From a virus (taxonomy: Duplodnaviria > Caudoviricetes): a stretch of DNA of 64,000 nucleotides. A program made the position numbers and the translations under genes. Below are positions 54,482-62,954 of the stretch, piece by piece (positions within the stretch are counted from its first letter, which is position 1; each line of letters starts with the position of its first letter). Location: IMG/VR virus record IMGVR_UViG_3300009031_000221, positions 288,001 through 352,000 of that record; one strand, written 5' to 3'. Under the pieces are notes generated by a model. The model did not search any database. It saw only the letters and a program-made list of their open reading frames with translations, and had not been told where the DNA came from.

Positions 54482-54750
54482 ACTTCCAAGGAATCATAGA
54501 CAGACTCCTTGTAGGTTGTGTCGTTTATTGTCTTCCCGTGTATCTCTCTATAGCAGGGCAGGATCCAGGTTGTCTTGTCAATGACTAGATTCGGATCCCA
54601 AGTGATAGTGCTAGGGGATTCCAGCATCCCAAATACATGCTCCCATGCCTTTCTAGTATCATTCCATGCCGGGGTCATGACGAAGTACAGGCCTCCGTGG
54701 TTCCCCGTGGAATCGAAATTCAGGTTGATCATTGGAAATCCCCCGTACAT
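54466..54750 (-). CDS. WxDxxK-array member
   Basis: AWNDTRKAW. Confidence 0.65.
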   Translation of the reverse strand: MYGGFPMINLNFDSTGNHGGLYFVMTPAWNDTRKAWEHVFGMLESPSTITWDPNLVIDKTTWILPCYREIHGKTINDTTYKESVYDSLEVCESC

Positions 54751-55037
54751 AGTATATCTTGGAAAAGATCATCAGGCTCCCACGTATCATCTACGTCTCC
54801 ACTTTGAACATGCACATAACGGGGAAAAACACCGCCTGATTTGATGTCGGGATTCTTAGGATACCAGAATATACCGCTAGGGTGCTCGTGCTCCTCATCG
54901 GATCGCTGCCAGCACTTTCCATGTTCACTCCAATACCGATACTCAAATGCCCGAATAGGTTTGTCATGGTCAAGATCTGTCATGATTCCCAGTCCCCATC
55001 GCATAGCTGCTCTTGACAATGATCCCCAGGTTCCCAA
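54729..55037 (-). CDS. WxDxxK-array member
   Basis: YWSEHGKCW, PSG. Confidence 0.7.
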   Translation of the reverse strand: MGTWGSLSRAAMRWGLGIMTDLDHDKPIRAFEYRYWSEHGKCWQRSDEEHEHPSGIFWYPKNPDIKSGGVFPRYVHVQSGDVDDTWEPDDLFQDILCTGDFQ

Positions 55038-55351
55038 TGGTCATCTATAAACCCGCCTTGAGGATGAACATAACGAGGAGATATTATGCCCGTAACACCA
55101 TCAGGGCTCATATGATATGAGTATAGACCACTAGGATTGTCATGTTCTTCCTCGGATAGTTCCCACCGCTTTTCACGTTCATTCCAATAGCGATACGGGA
55201 ACGCCTGAATCGGTTTGTCCTGGTCAAGTTCCGCATACATCAGACGCCATCTCCGGATATCAGGGCGTGGTTCCCCCACCCTCTTCATCAACAAGCCTTC
55301 CATCAGGAATATGTGCAAATCGCGGATGGAACTTGTAGGTATGTGGCGCAT
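54980..55351 (-). CDS. WxDxxK-array member
   Basis: YWNEREKRW, PSG; close paralog of 54729. Confidence 0.7.
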   Translation of the reverse strand: MRHIPTSSIRDLHIFLMEGLLMKRVGEPRPDIRRWRLMYAELDQDKPIQAFPYRYWNEREKRWELSEEEHDNPSGLYSYHMSPDGVTGIISPRYVHPQGGFIDDHWEPGDHCQEQLCDGDWES

Positions 55352-55484
55352 CTACGTTGGATATGCCACAAAGGATTCCTGTAGGGGATTCCGCATCTAC
55401 AAAAAGCTCAACCCATTCATTGAACCCTTCATACCAATAGCGCTGAGCCCGTGTAGCAGGCGTATCATCAAGGTCATATTGCAT
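55260..55484 (-). CDS. WxDxxK-array member (divergent)
   Basis: YWYEGFNEW, PTG. Confidence 0.6.
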   Translation of the reverse strand: MQYDLDDTPATRAQRYWYEGFNEWVELFVDAESPTGILCGISNVDAPHTYKFHPRFAHIPDGRLVDEEGGGTTP

Positions 55485-55855
55485 TATGACCCCGACCGTT
55501 GTGCACTGACATAGTCCCCAACATACAGAATCTGATGTGTGGCATCATAGGGGCTATGCATCTCCTCAATGAGGTTTCCTGGGGCGTATCTGTAATCGGG
55601 CTGAATTGATCGAATGGCGTAATCGAGACGTTCGCCGTCATCATTAAAAATGCTGCTGGGGGTATCCATAGCCTCTGTCCTATAGAACCAAGTGTGGAAT
55701 TCATCGTTCCAATGCCAAAGCGGTGACGTGAAACTGAATCTCGTAGCGTCAAGATCAGATTGCATTGCACACCGAAGCTGCTTTTTCCCGTGTCTTCTTC
55801 CGTTTTGCCCTCTCCGCCCTTCTCCGGTTGTCCCCCCGTTTCTTGTACTCTGCAT
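55484..55855 (-). CDS. WxDxxK-array member (true start probably MQSDL)
   Basis: HWNDEFHTW, PSS. Confidence 0.6.
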   Translation of the reverse strand: MQSTRNGGTTGEGRRGQNGRRHGKKQLRCAMQSDLDATRFSFTSPLWHWNDEFHTWFYRTEAMDTPSSIFNDDGERLDYAIRSIQPDYRYAPGNLIEEMHSPYDATHQILYVGDYVSAQRSGS

Positions 55856-56117
55856 GAAGTGCTTTCAGGGGCTCGAGCATGGAATTGATCCAGGCGATGC
55901 GTTCGGCAGGGAACTTGGTATCGAGCTTTGCTGGCGGAATGCTACCCTTGGCATTGTTGCAAGGGGCACATGCGGGCACGATGTTGCCAATATTGCTATA
56001 GCCACCCAAGGAACGTGGAACCCAGTGGTCGATGGTTATAGGTAGATCTGTACGTCCACAGTAGACACATACATGCCCAAAGTGCTGAAGGGTTGCCTGC
56101 CATGATTTAGCGCTCAT
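55755..56117 (-). CDS. HNH endonuclease (McrA/HNH_5-like)
   Basis: CVYCG...TIDHWVPRS.GG.....N.VPAC..CN..KG. Confidence 0.88.
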   Translation of the reverse strand: MSAKSWQATLQHFGHVCVYCGRTDLPITIDHWVPRSLGGYSNIGNIVPACAPCNNAKGSIPPAKLDTKFPAERIAWINSMLEPLKALHAEYKKRGDNRRRAERAKRKKTREKAASVCNAI

Positions 56118-56434
56118 GTGTCATGTTTGGTCCGAACGACCCCTGGACGTTTATTGAAGTGCATATAGGACATACCTGATTCGCAGGATCCTGTAAAGTC
56201 CCCCTGCAGTATCATGTCATCCCCAGGATAGTTATATCCACCAAAGCCTCTGCCCGTATCTACTAAGGGGGCGTGATCCTCATAAATGTACATGGGATGT
56301 ATATCATTGTCATCTAGGAATGTTAGATGCCTATCAAGGACGATCCCGCTGACATCTTCATACCCCCAGGCAGAGCACCACCGCTTACCGATGTCATCCC
56401 AGTTGAATATGCCTTCTCTCATCGGGCTTCCCAC
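56114..56434 (-). CDS. WxDxxK-array member
   Basis: NWDDIGKRW, GYED.SGI. Confidence 0.7.
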   Translation of the reverse strand: MGSPMREGIFNWDDIGKRWCSAWGYEDVSGIVLDRHLTFLDDNDIHPMYIYEDHAPLVDTGRGFGGYNYPGDDMILQGDFTGSCESGMSYMHFNKRPGVVRTKHDT

Positions 56435-56724
56435 TCAGGGCTACGGAGTACCCCCGTGCCATTATGAATGACATAGTATTCGTAGCCGGGTCTATTTTCC
56501 TTCATGCCTGGAAAGTCGTCAATCATTAGAAGATCCTGTGATCCTTGTATGTACCCATTGAGATTAGGGGTTGAATCCTGAATGGGTTGTTTTGGCATGT
56601 CATCGTACATGGGAACGACAGCATTTTCAGCCCATACCCGATTTCCAGATATGATCCCACTGGAATCCTCGTAGCCCATTCCCGGGCGCCATTCCTTCTT
56701 GGATTCGTTCCAATTACGTGTCAT
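56419..56724 (-). CDS. WxDxxK-array member
   Basis: NWNESKKEW, GYED.SGI. Confidence 0.7.
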   Translation of the reverse strand: MTRNWNESKKEWRPGMGYEDSSGIISGNRVWAENAVVPMYDDMPKQPIQDSTPNLNGYIQGSQDLLMIDDFPGMKENRPGYEYYVIHNGTGVLRSPEWEAR

Positions 56725-57017
56725 AGCGTTCTCAACAGGATTGTCAATCCGCCATCCTCATCCCGAATTCGAATGTTACCCCGATTTATGTAACCGTTGT
56801 AATTGTAATCCCCAATCATGAGTCGCTCTTCAGGCATTTTGAAATCCCAAAGCATTGGTTCATCAAAGGGTTTATCCCTCAAGGAGGCTACCGGCAACTC
56901 CACATACAAGGGTTTACTTGTGTTGTCCCTATCCAGGTTAGGGACCTCCCAGAACCCGCTTTCAGGCTTCTGCGAGTAGATCCAAGTCTTGTACTGGTCA
57001 CTCCATTGTTGGCTCAT
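56721..57017 (-). CDS. WxDxxK-array member
   Basis: QWSDQYKTW. Confidence 0.7.
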   Translation of the reverse strand: MSQQWSDQYKTWIYSQKPESGFWEVPNLDRDNTSKPLYVELPVASLRDKPFDEPMLWDFKMPEERLMIGDYNYNGYINRGNIRIRDEDGGLTILLRTL

Positions 57018-57226
57018 TGGGGCTCATCATAGAGGCCTTCCTCATTTAGGATGCCTTCAGGAAGGAGGTTTTCTTTGGCGTAGATCGTAGATTCCGCATT
57101 CATCATGCGATGGTTTTTAGCGATGTTTTCTAGCACTGGAGGATTGGGCAATAGGGGCGGGAGCTTGCCTGGAATGGTTGATCCAAAGGCTTTCCATGAA
57201 TCTGCCCAGAAGGTAGTATCCGACAT
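57014..57226 (-). CDS. WxDxxK-array member
   Basis: FWADSWKAF. Confidence 0.65.
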   Translation of the reverse strand: MSDTTFWADSWKAFGSTIPGKLPPLLPNPPVLENIAKNHRMMNAESTIYAKENLLPEGILNEEGLYDEPQ

Positions 57227-57456
57227 TATTTGGCCTCCCCATAGAGACCGTCCCGCTTACGGATACTACATTGGATGTTCTCAGGGTCATATCCAAGTAT
57301 GAATCGGGCGTATTCATAGTCGTTAATCTCATGGATGCCTTCATCCAAGATCTGGTTATCCGCTACGATGACCGAAATCCCATCGAAACGCTGAGTGGCA
57401 CCCCAGCATTTCCAAGCATCCCACCATGCCCAATCAGATCTGGATGCTAGCGGCAT
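57226..57456 (-). CDS. WxDxxK-array member
   Basis: AWWDAWKCW. Confidence 0.65.
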   Translation of the reverse strand: MPLASRSDWAWWDAWKCWGATQRFDGISVIVADNQILDEGIHEINDYEYARFILGYDPENIQCSIRKRDGLYGEAK

Positions 57457-57719
57457 TCAACATCCTCCTCGTAGAGGTCATCCTCTTCCCGGAGATACCC
57501 CTCAGGCAGCCTTCCACCTTCCCACTGGTTTATGGTCTGGGCATCTACATTGGATATGTCAGCGCGGTCATCATCGCTATGCGTGGGTATATCGGAAAGA
57601 AGGCTTCCACCTTCGGATAGGGACCATGAATTGGCCCATCCTTTCCAATGGTCATACCAAACACGCCTATGGGATCTCACAGCAACTCTTGCGCCCTGGT
57701 CAGGATGATCTCCTGGCAT
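57447..57719 (-). CDS. WxDxxK-array member (first in transcription order)
   Basis: VWYDHWKGW. Confidence 0.65.
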   Translation of the reverse strand: MPGDHPDQGARVAVRSHRRVWYDHWKGWANSWSLSEGGSLLSDIPTHSDDDRADISNVDAQTINQWEGGRLPEGYLREEDDLYEEDVECR

Positions 57720-58999
57720 TGTGCGGGAGTCATGCCCTGGGTCTTGGCAACAATAACATTTGCCTCATCATCAGGCAACATGCGCTTTGCCATCTGCAAC
57801 CGACCCTCATCCGTGATGGTGTCAGGCGTGTGCAACGTGCGGTCTACACGGCCCGGACGCGGACGGGTTTCCCCTACCGTGATAGTCCCATCGGATTCCT
57901 GAACAGCCGGGCCACCCAAGGCCTGATCTACCTGATCCAGGTAGTTCGTGGTGATGATGCTCAGCAAACCGTCATTGCTGCCTACACCCTGCAACTGGTT
58001 GAGGAGGAGGTCAAACGTCGGCGGTGTGCCCTTCTGGATGTTCGGCTGCTTTGCAGTACGGGCATTGTAGACGGAATCCAGGTCTTCCAATAGGACAAGG
58101 CAAGGCACGTTCGAACGTGCCATGTCAAATGCACTGGTCAAGTCGGCGTTGGTCATCGACTGGAGGTCAAGCAGGTAGATCGGAATGTCCAAGTCAATGG
58201 CAATGGCCCGAGCCAAGGAGGTCTTGCCCGTACCCGGCCGGCCGTGAACGAGGTAGCCACGCCGCCAAGGCAAACGGTGCTCCAAGTACCACTCCTGATT
58301 GGTATTCCACTGGCGGGCATCCTCGAGGATGTGCATGACATCTGCCGGGAGCCAGAGGTCATCCGGCGCCCCCGAGTGCTTCGGATCGCCAATGTCATTG
58401 GGATCCTCGGTCAAGTAGTATGCCGTCGCGGGCTTGTCCGTGAATGGGGAAGATCCACCGTGAGTGGCACGGTCATTGCCTTCCTTTCCGCCATTGCCAC
58501 CATTGCCCCCAACGCGAATCAACTTGTAGCGATTGCGCTTGCGGTCGTTGTTGGTCTTCACGATGTCCCGGAGCATCTGTTCGAAGTCCAACGTGCCGCG
58601 GAAGTAGCGGATGGTCATCTGCGTACCATCCTTGCCACGGTCTACCCATACGGGGATCTTGATCCAACGCTTCTTGATCCAGAAGGTCAAGCCGCCGTCC
58701 TTGTCAAGCCAACGCGACAGAATCCACTGTTGCTTGCGCTTTGAACGGACGAACTTGGAAATGACCATGTATCCACGGCTTCCCAACTTCGAGGGCTTGG
58801 CAATCAGGCTGAATGCCGTGATCACTTCAGCGGACAAGTCCGCATCTACCTTGGATACGCAAACGAGGTGCGTACTCATGGTGCTGAAGAACGATTTGAT
58901 CCTGTTCCAGAAAGCGATAACCATACCGATGATGGCAGGGATTGCCCATAGCGGCAACCAATCGGGCATGAAGGACTTGAGCATATCCATGGGGGGCAT
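57677..58999 (-). CDS. BCS1-like membrane-anchored AAA+ ATPase
   Basis: N-terminal TM helix; WY....PWRRGYL.HG.PGTGKTS, LLEDLD, LLN.L.G, IITTN, RPGR.D. Confidence 0.85.
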   Translation of the reverse strand: MPPMDMLKSFMPDWLPLWAIPAIIGMVIAFWNRIKSFFSTMSTHLVCVSKVDADLSAEVITAFSLIAKPSKLGSRGYMVISKFVRSKRKQQWILSRWLDKDGGLTFWIKKRWIKIPVWVDRGKDGTQMTIRYFRGTLDFEQMLRDIVKTNNDRKRNRYKLIRVGGNGGNGGKEGNDRATHGGSSPFTDKPATAYYLTEDPNDIGDPKHSGAPDDLWLPADVMHILEDARQWNTNQEWYLEHRLPWRRGYLVHGRPGTGKTSLARAIAIDLDIPIYLLDLQSMTNADLTSAFDMARSNVPCLVLLEDLDSVYNARTAKQPNIQKGTPPTFDLLLNQLQGVGSNDGLLSIITTNYLDQVDQALGGPAVQESDGTITVGETRPRPGRVDRTLHTPDTITDEGRLQMAKRMLPDDEANVIVAKTQGMTPAQCQEIILTRAQELL

Positions 59000-59012
59000 T
59001 GGGGCATTCTCC

Positions 59013-59705
59013 TTAGATGGTCATAGCTTGTTGTGCGGTAGCACATGGGTTGAATTCGACATTGGTACGCAGGAACACTTCACTTCGCAGGTCGGTATGG
59101 CAGGGATGCATGAGTTCTACAATTACATTGGTGGCGGCACACCTCGCATCTACATCTACATCATTGGCATAGTAATACGCGGCATACGCCGCAATATTAC
59201 ATGGATGTGCCCAACCTGAGATGTCCTTTTTCTTTTGACCTTCGGCTGATTCCACTGTCCGATCTTCACCGGAGAGCCACTTGTTCGCCCAATCCTTCCA
59301 ATCAACGTCATCCGCTACTTGCAATGCCGTGAGGATGCCAAATCGGACGAATTGTTCCGTTGTGGGGTAAGCGAAGTCTGTGATTTCCTTTGTGAGAGTC
59401 AATTGGGTTGACCCGCCCTTCAAGGGCTCCCTGATGATAGTGCCGTCCGCTTCTGCCTCAAACATCCGTAGGCTGGATGGATTGAAGTTGCCGTGTACCC
59501 CATTCATGAATAGAGCGAGGGCAGGATCCTCGTACCAGTGTAGGAATGATGCAGAACAAAGCCCCTGGCATATGTTACTGTGCCTATGGGCACTAGTTTC
59601 ATACGTTTCCCCGACAAACCATTGAAACCCTCTGAAGGTTTGCATGTTCTTATCAGTTAGCTTGTAAACCTTCATCACTTCTCCGAAAAGTCTCGTTCGC
59701 ACCAT
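59013..59705 (-). CDS. Distant DUF7666-like protein
   Basis: YKLTD...T...FQW..G, LCS..FLHWY..P.LA, W..WA.KWLSGEDR; likely start MKVYK. Confidence 0.6.
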   Translation of the reverse strand: MVRTRLFGEVMKVYKLTDKNMQTFRGFQWFVGETYETSAHRHSNICQGLCSASFLHWYEDPALALFMNGVHGNFNPSSLRMFEAEADGTIIREPLKGGSTQLTLTKEITDFAYPTTEQFVRFGILTALQVADDVDWKDWANKWLSGEDRTVESAEGQKKKDISGWAHPCNIAAYAAYYYANDVDVDARCAATNVIVELMHPCHTDLRSEVFLRTNVEFNPCATAQQAMTI

Positions 59706-60046
59706 AGGGTCGTCAGTCCGCCATCAGAATTGCCACACCATAGCATCCGGCAAAGCTGCTTGAGCCCGTTCCTGGACGTGCGATGGTCAAACTCCATGCA
59801 CTGCGTAGGGCCAGTGTTGTTGAAGATCTGGATGGCAAAATCGTAAGGGTGAATGGAATCCAGGGAGCGGACATCTTTCGGGGGCTCTGGTACTGCTGGG
59901 GCTTGTACGGGAGCTTGTACGGGGGATTGTACGGCAGCCGGAGCAACCCCCTTGTTCCCGAATAGAATCACCATCACGGCAGCCGTGCCTAATATTGCAG
60001 TGCAGAATGCTAGCAAACCTTTCATTTTCCCGCCCTCTTCAAGCAT
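59675..60046 (-). CDS. Membrane-anchored protein with Pro/Ala linker; C-terminal motif shared with 47817
   Basis: TM helix, VQAP repeats, CRMLWCG...GGLTTLWC. Confidence 0.6.
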   Translation of the reverse strand: MLEEGGKMKGLLAFCTAILGTAAVMVILFGNKGVAPAAVQSPVQAPVQAPAVPEPPKDVRSLDSIHPYDFAIQIFNNTGPTQCMEFDHRTSRNGLKQLCRMLWCGNSDGGLTTLWCERDFSEK

Positions 60047-60285
60047 CCAGGGCAGATCCAGCCCTCAGCTTTGTTGTACTTCCAACCACGATTGACGGCA
60101 TCCGCCTTGATCTTTGGCATGGTCACTTTGCCATCGCAGTCCAATCGATCCCAATCCCCGCATTGGCCGCAGAAGACCTCATAGGCAATACGGATAACGC
60201 CCAGGATAGGGCCTGGGGTGTACCCCTCGCACTTGAACGTGGATTCAGGAAGTTTCAACATGTCCGCAACGCTGATCTCTGTCAT
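60022..60285 (-). CDS. Small Zn-finger protein
   Basis: FCGQC...WICPGC. Confidence 0.6.
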   Translation of the reverse strand: MTEISVADMLKLPESTFKCEGYTPGPILGVIRIAYEVFCGQCGDWDRLDCDGKVTMPKIKADAVNRGWKYNKAEGWICPGCLKRAGK

Positions 60286-60305
60286 AGCGGTATCCTCCAG
60301 GTGGA

Positions 60306-60332
60306 TCTACGCATACCAGTCTAGAAGTAAGC
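60306..60332 (-). promoter_or_regulatory. Bipartite promoter-like motif (GCTTACTT-N12-GCGTAGA)
   Basis: Plus strand TCTACGC-N12-AAGTAAGC; heads the run leading into BCS1 and the array. Confidence 0.75.
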
Positions 60333-60335
60333 CTA

Positions 60336-60641
60336 TCAGGGACGATCACTCACGATAGCGGAAGTCGGATCACAGTTCGGGTATACCTTGTAGAGCGCTA
60401 TTGGAGTGCCCCGCACGCAATACATGTGCTGACATCCACCGATATAGATGAATCGGCATTGAGGCATCCCGATAGAGGAGGTTCCCTCTGACGGTGGGAT
60501 AGGCGCCAGATGAGAATCAGCCTGCCGCGAGTTCCGATAGGCCACTGCGATTACGAATCCAAATAACATGAATAGAATAGCGATTAGGGTGCGAAACCTA
60601 ACAATCCCGTCCCATACAATGTCCAAGAAGCTGAAGTTCAC
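60336..60641 (-). CDS. Small membrane protein
   Basis: TM helix and Cys-rich C-terminus. Confidence 0.55.
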   Translation of the reverse strand: MNFSFLDIVWDGIVRFRTLIAILFMLFGFVIAVAYRNSRQADSHLAPIPPSEGTSSIGMPQCRFIYIGGCQHMYCVRGTPIALYKVYPNCDPTSAIVSDRP

Positions 60642-60708
60642 GGCGTATAATCCTCATCCCCAGGTAATCGGGATTGGACTATCTACGCAGTATCCGCCTG
60701 GATTGAGT

Positions 60709-61044
60709 CTAGGACTCCGCCTTGACCGTTTCCGTGGCAGGTTCCTTCTCAGCCATCCTACGGAGCGCCTTGGCAAACGGCATGCCCATAATCGTGCCTA
60801 CGAACGCCCCAGACACAAGGAAGAAGAACATAGAGGCCAACAGGCCTAGAACCATCCCACCGCCCGTTACAATGCGGACAAGGGTAGTAGGTTCCATCGT
60901 GCTACCGAACAAGGCCCCCGCCATGACCAAACCCATGTAGCCTCCGTACAGGACGCCAGGGACGGCACCGATGGCAATGTAGAGCAAGAAGCTAATGGCC
61001 GCTCCAATGTAGGTAGGAAGCAGGGCGTAGTGATTGCGTTGCAT
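60709..61044 (-). CDS. Multi-pass Gly-rich membrane protein
   Basis: Three hydrophobic segments; G..PG..YGG..G...AG.LFG pattern. Confidence 0.7.
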   Translation of the reverse strand: MQRNHYALLPTYIGAAISFLLYIAIGAVPGVLYGGYMGLVMAGALFGSTMEPTTLVRIVTGGGMVLGLLASMFFFLVSGAFVGTIMGMPFAKALRRMAEKEPATETVKAES

Positions 61045-61215
61045 GATAGTCTCCTTGAAAGGGATCGAACTTGATCCGCCCTATCCTATAGCAATACCCA
61101 TGCCAACATCAGTGCATATTGTTTCCAAGGGGTTATGATGTGGCATGCCCTCATTTGTCGGGAAAACGGGACAATGTTGTCGGGCATTCGGTAGCTAGCC
61201 TGTACGCAGCCATAG

Positions 61216-61575
61216 GTGGCAATCATGCCATCTATGACCGGGAGACAGAATATGCAATGCCCAACATGTGACGCAGCCCTAGTTTGTGCCGCCTGCCGTA
61301 ATGCCGTTGAAGACGAAGATCCTTGTTCCATGTCTTCGGAAGAGCCTCTCACGGATGAGGACGGCAATTCCCTTTTCGACGATGACGACGATGACGACGA
61401 TGATGAAGGTGATGTATTGAGCGTTGCGGTTGGATTCGATGACGAGACCGGATTGGTCATCGTGAACTTCGCCAAGTCCACTGGATGGTTGGGCATGCCA
61501 GTAGAAGCGGCGGAAGACTTCGCCAATCTGATCCTGGAGAACGCCAAGGCTTCTCGGGAAAGCCGGATGAGCTAA
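61216..61575 (+). CDS. Zn-finger plus acidic-tract protein
   Basis: CPTC..C.AC, poly-D tract; likely start MQCPT. Confidence 0.55.
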   Translation: MAIMPSMTGRQNMQCPTCDAALVCAACRNAVEDEDPCSMSSEEPLTDEDGNSLFDDDDDDDDDEGDVLSVAVGFDDETGLVIVNFAKSTGWLGMPVEAAEDFANLILENAKASRESRMS

Positions 61576-61940
61576 TCGATCTGGGTGTCGAGTTCCGTGT
61601 ATTTGCACTCATTCAAGTCCACGTCCTCAATGAGCCCATCCTTGACAGTCCAGTTGAAGTCGATAGACGTAGCCTTTGTAGGGCCTCCGAACTGCTTTTG
61701 TGCAGTCGACAACGCCTTTATGGCAACGGCTATCGTCTTTCCTGTAGCCTCCATCCCAATGAACGGCCTCATGGCATCATAGAGGACGGCATACATGACT
61801 TCCTCCATAGCCCTGTTCCTAGGCGTATCGGGGAAGTCAAAGGACTCGTCTGTAGGTTTCAGAACCAGGTTATCAGTCATCATTCCCCACAGGCTCATGC
61901 AAGTCGCAGTGGAGTTCCCCATAGGTGCGGGTAGGTCCAA
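61572..61940 (-). CDS. Hypothetical protein
   Basis: Start uncertain. Confidence 0.5.
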   Translation of the reverse strand: MDLPAPMGNSTATCMSLWGMMTDNLVLKPTDESFDFPDTPRNRAMEEVMYAVLYDAMRPFIGMEATGKTIAVAIKALSTAQKQFGGPTKATSIDFNWTVKDGLIEDVDLNECKYTELDTQID

Positions 61941-62094
61941 ACTGTGTTACCTCAACGATCGTGACAGTAGGGCTATCCGACGTATGCTTCCACTTGACCG
62001 GGATGGGAGGGTTTACCAAGCAGTGGCCCTCGATGCCTGAAGAATTAATCGCACGAAAATGCTTGCAATTGACACACTTCACGTTATACCTCAT
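61873..62094 (-). CDS. Small Cys-containing protein
   Basis: C.NC.HF...G.C...PP...P......CG.H pattern; ATGA coupling. Confidence 0.6.
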   Translation of the reverse strand: MRYNVKCVNCKHFRAINSSGIEGHCLVNPPIPVKWKHTSDSPTVTIVEVTQFGPTRTYGELHCDLHEPVGNDD

Positions 62095-62954
62095 GAAAAA
62101 TCAAAGCCCTCGAGGGCGTCAATGACGGATGCTGCTGTTTCCTTTGCGTGTCTACGCTCTAATGCCCGGGCCTGCAGTGCAATTTTTATCTTCGCCCGAT
62201 GCTCTGGGGTCTTTGGCACGCCTTTCATGCTAATAGACATTCGAGCTTTTGCTTCATCCGACATCACATACCCTTTTCTTCCTTTATTCGCAGCGGCTAT
62301 TTTGGCTTTATGCTCTGCGGTAAGTACTTTACCCGTATTCGCCTGCCGAATAGCTTCCCGAGTATGCGGGTGCATAGCTTTGCCTTTCTTAGATTCGCTA
62401 ATTTTAGCACATGTTTCGGCGGACTTGGTGTGCCCTTTCATAACCGAAGACATATGGGCTTTGTTTTCCGGGAGGTTCATTCTAGCGGATTGTACTGCAG
62501 ACATCTTGGCTAGTGTTGCGGGAGAATGTGTTCGTCCCGTACCTGCAAGAGCTATTTTCGCTCTTGTTTCAATAGACGGTATCCGGGGAGGGTTGTTTTG
62601 TCGAACTGCTTTCTGTGCGATGCTCATTTTCAATTTTGATTCCGCAGAGTGGCGCTTATTCCCTTTTACCACAATCCCCAGGTTGTATCCTGTGTCACGG
62701 CACAATGCACCTAATCTGTTGATGTGGTGTTCCTCTCTAGAGTCCAATTGATCTTCATCACATAGCTCTATGATATCGAAATCAAATTCACTTTCCCCAT
62801 ACTTGTCCCATGCACGCTGAAGGTATTCGTTGTCGTGTATGCCTTGTTTCAATTCTGAACGGTGATTGTACCATCGTTTAGGTATGTTGGAGGATTGCCC
62901 GACATAAACCTTACCATTAGTCCTGTTCGTGATGATGTAGATCCCGCAATTCAT
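62091..62954 (-). mobile_element. GIY-YIG homing endonuclease with multiple NUMOD3 repeats
   Basis: GIYIITN..NGKVYVGQS....RW..H; six H/T-S-x-E-x-K-x-K-M/I-S-like repeats. Confidence 0.92.

Larger units (their letters stand above)
51435..57719 (-). repeat. Tandem array of about 24 small diverged paralogous ORFs (W-x-[DE]-x-x-K-x-[FWY] family), interrupted by one HNH gene
   Basis: Motif visible near the N-terminus of each ORF; genes abut or overlap. Confidence 0.85.

Noticed and set aside
51435-57719. Array as a diversity-generating retroelement target or integron cassette array
   Set aside because: No reverse transcriptase or template/variable repeat pair in the window, divergence is not adenine-specific, and genes overlap with no room for attC sites
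2162-58999. Eukaryotic giant-virus or organellar origin of the contig, given mitochondrial-type PheRS and BCS1
   Set aside because: Shine-Dalgarno sites, ATGA-coupled operons, rIIA/rIIB, a sigma factor and TerL-like gene point to a bacteriophage
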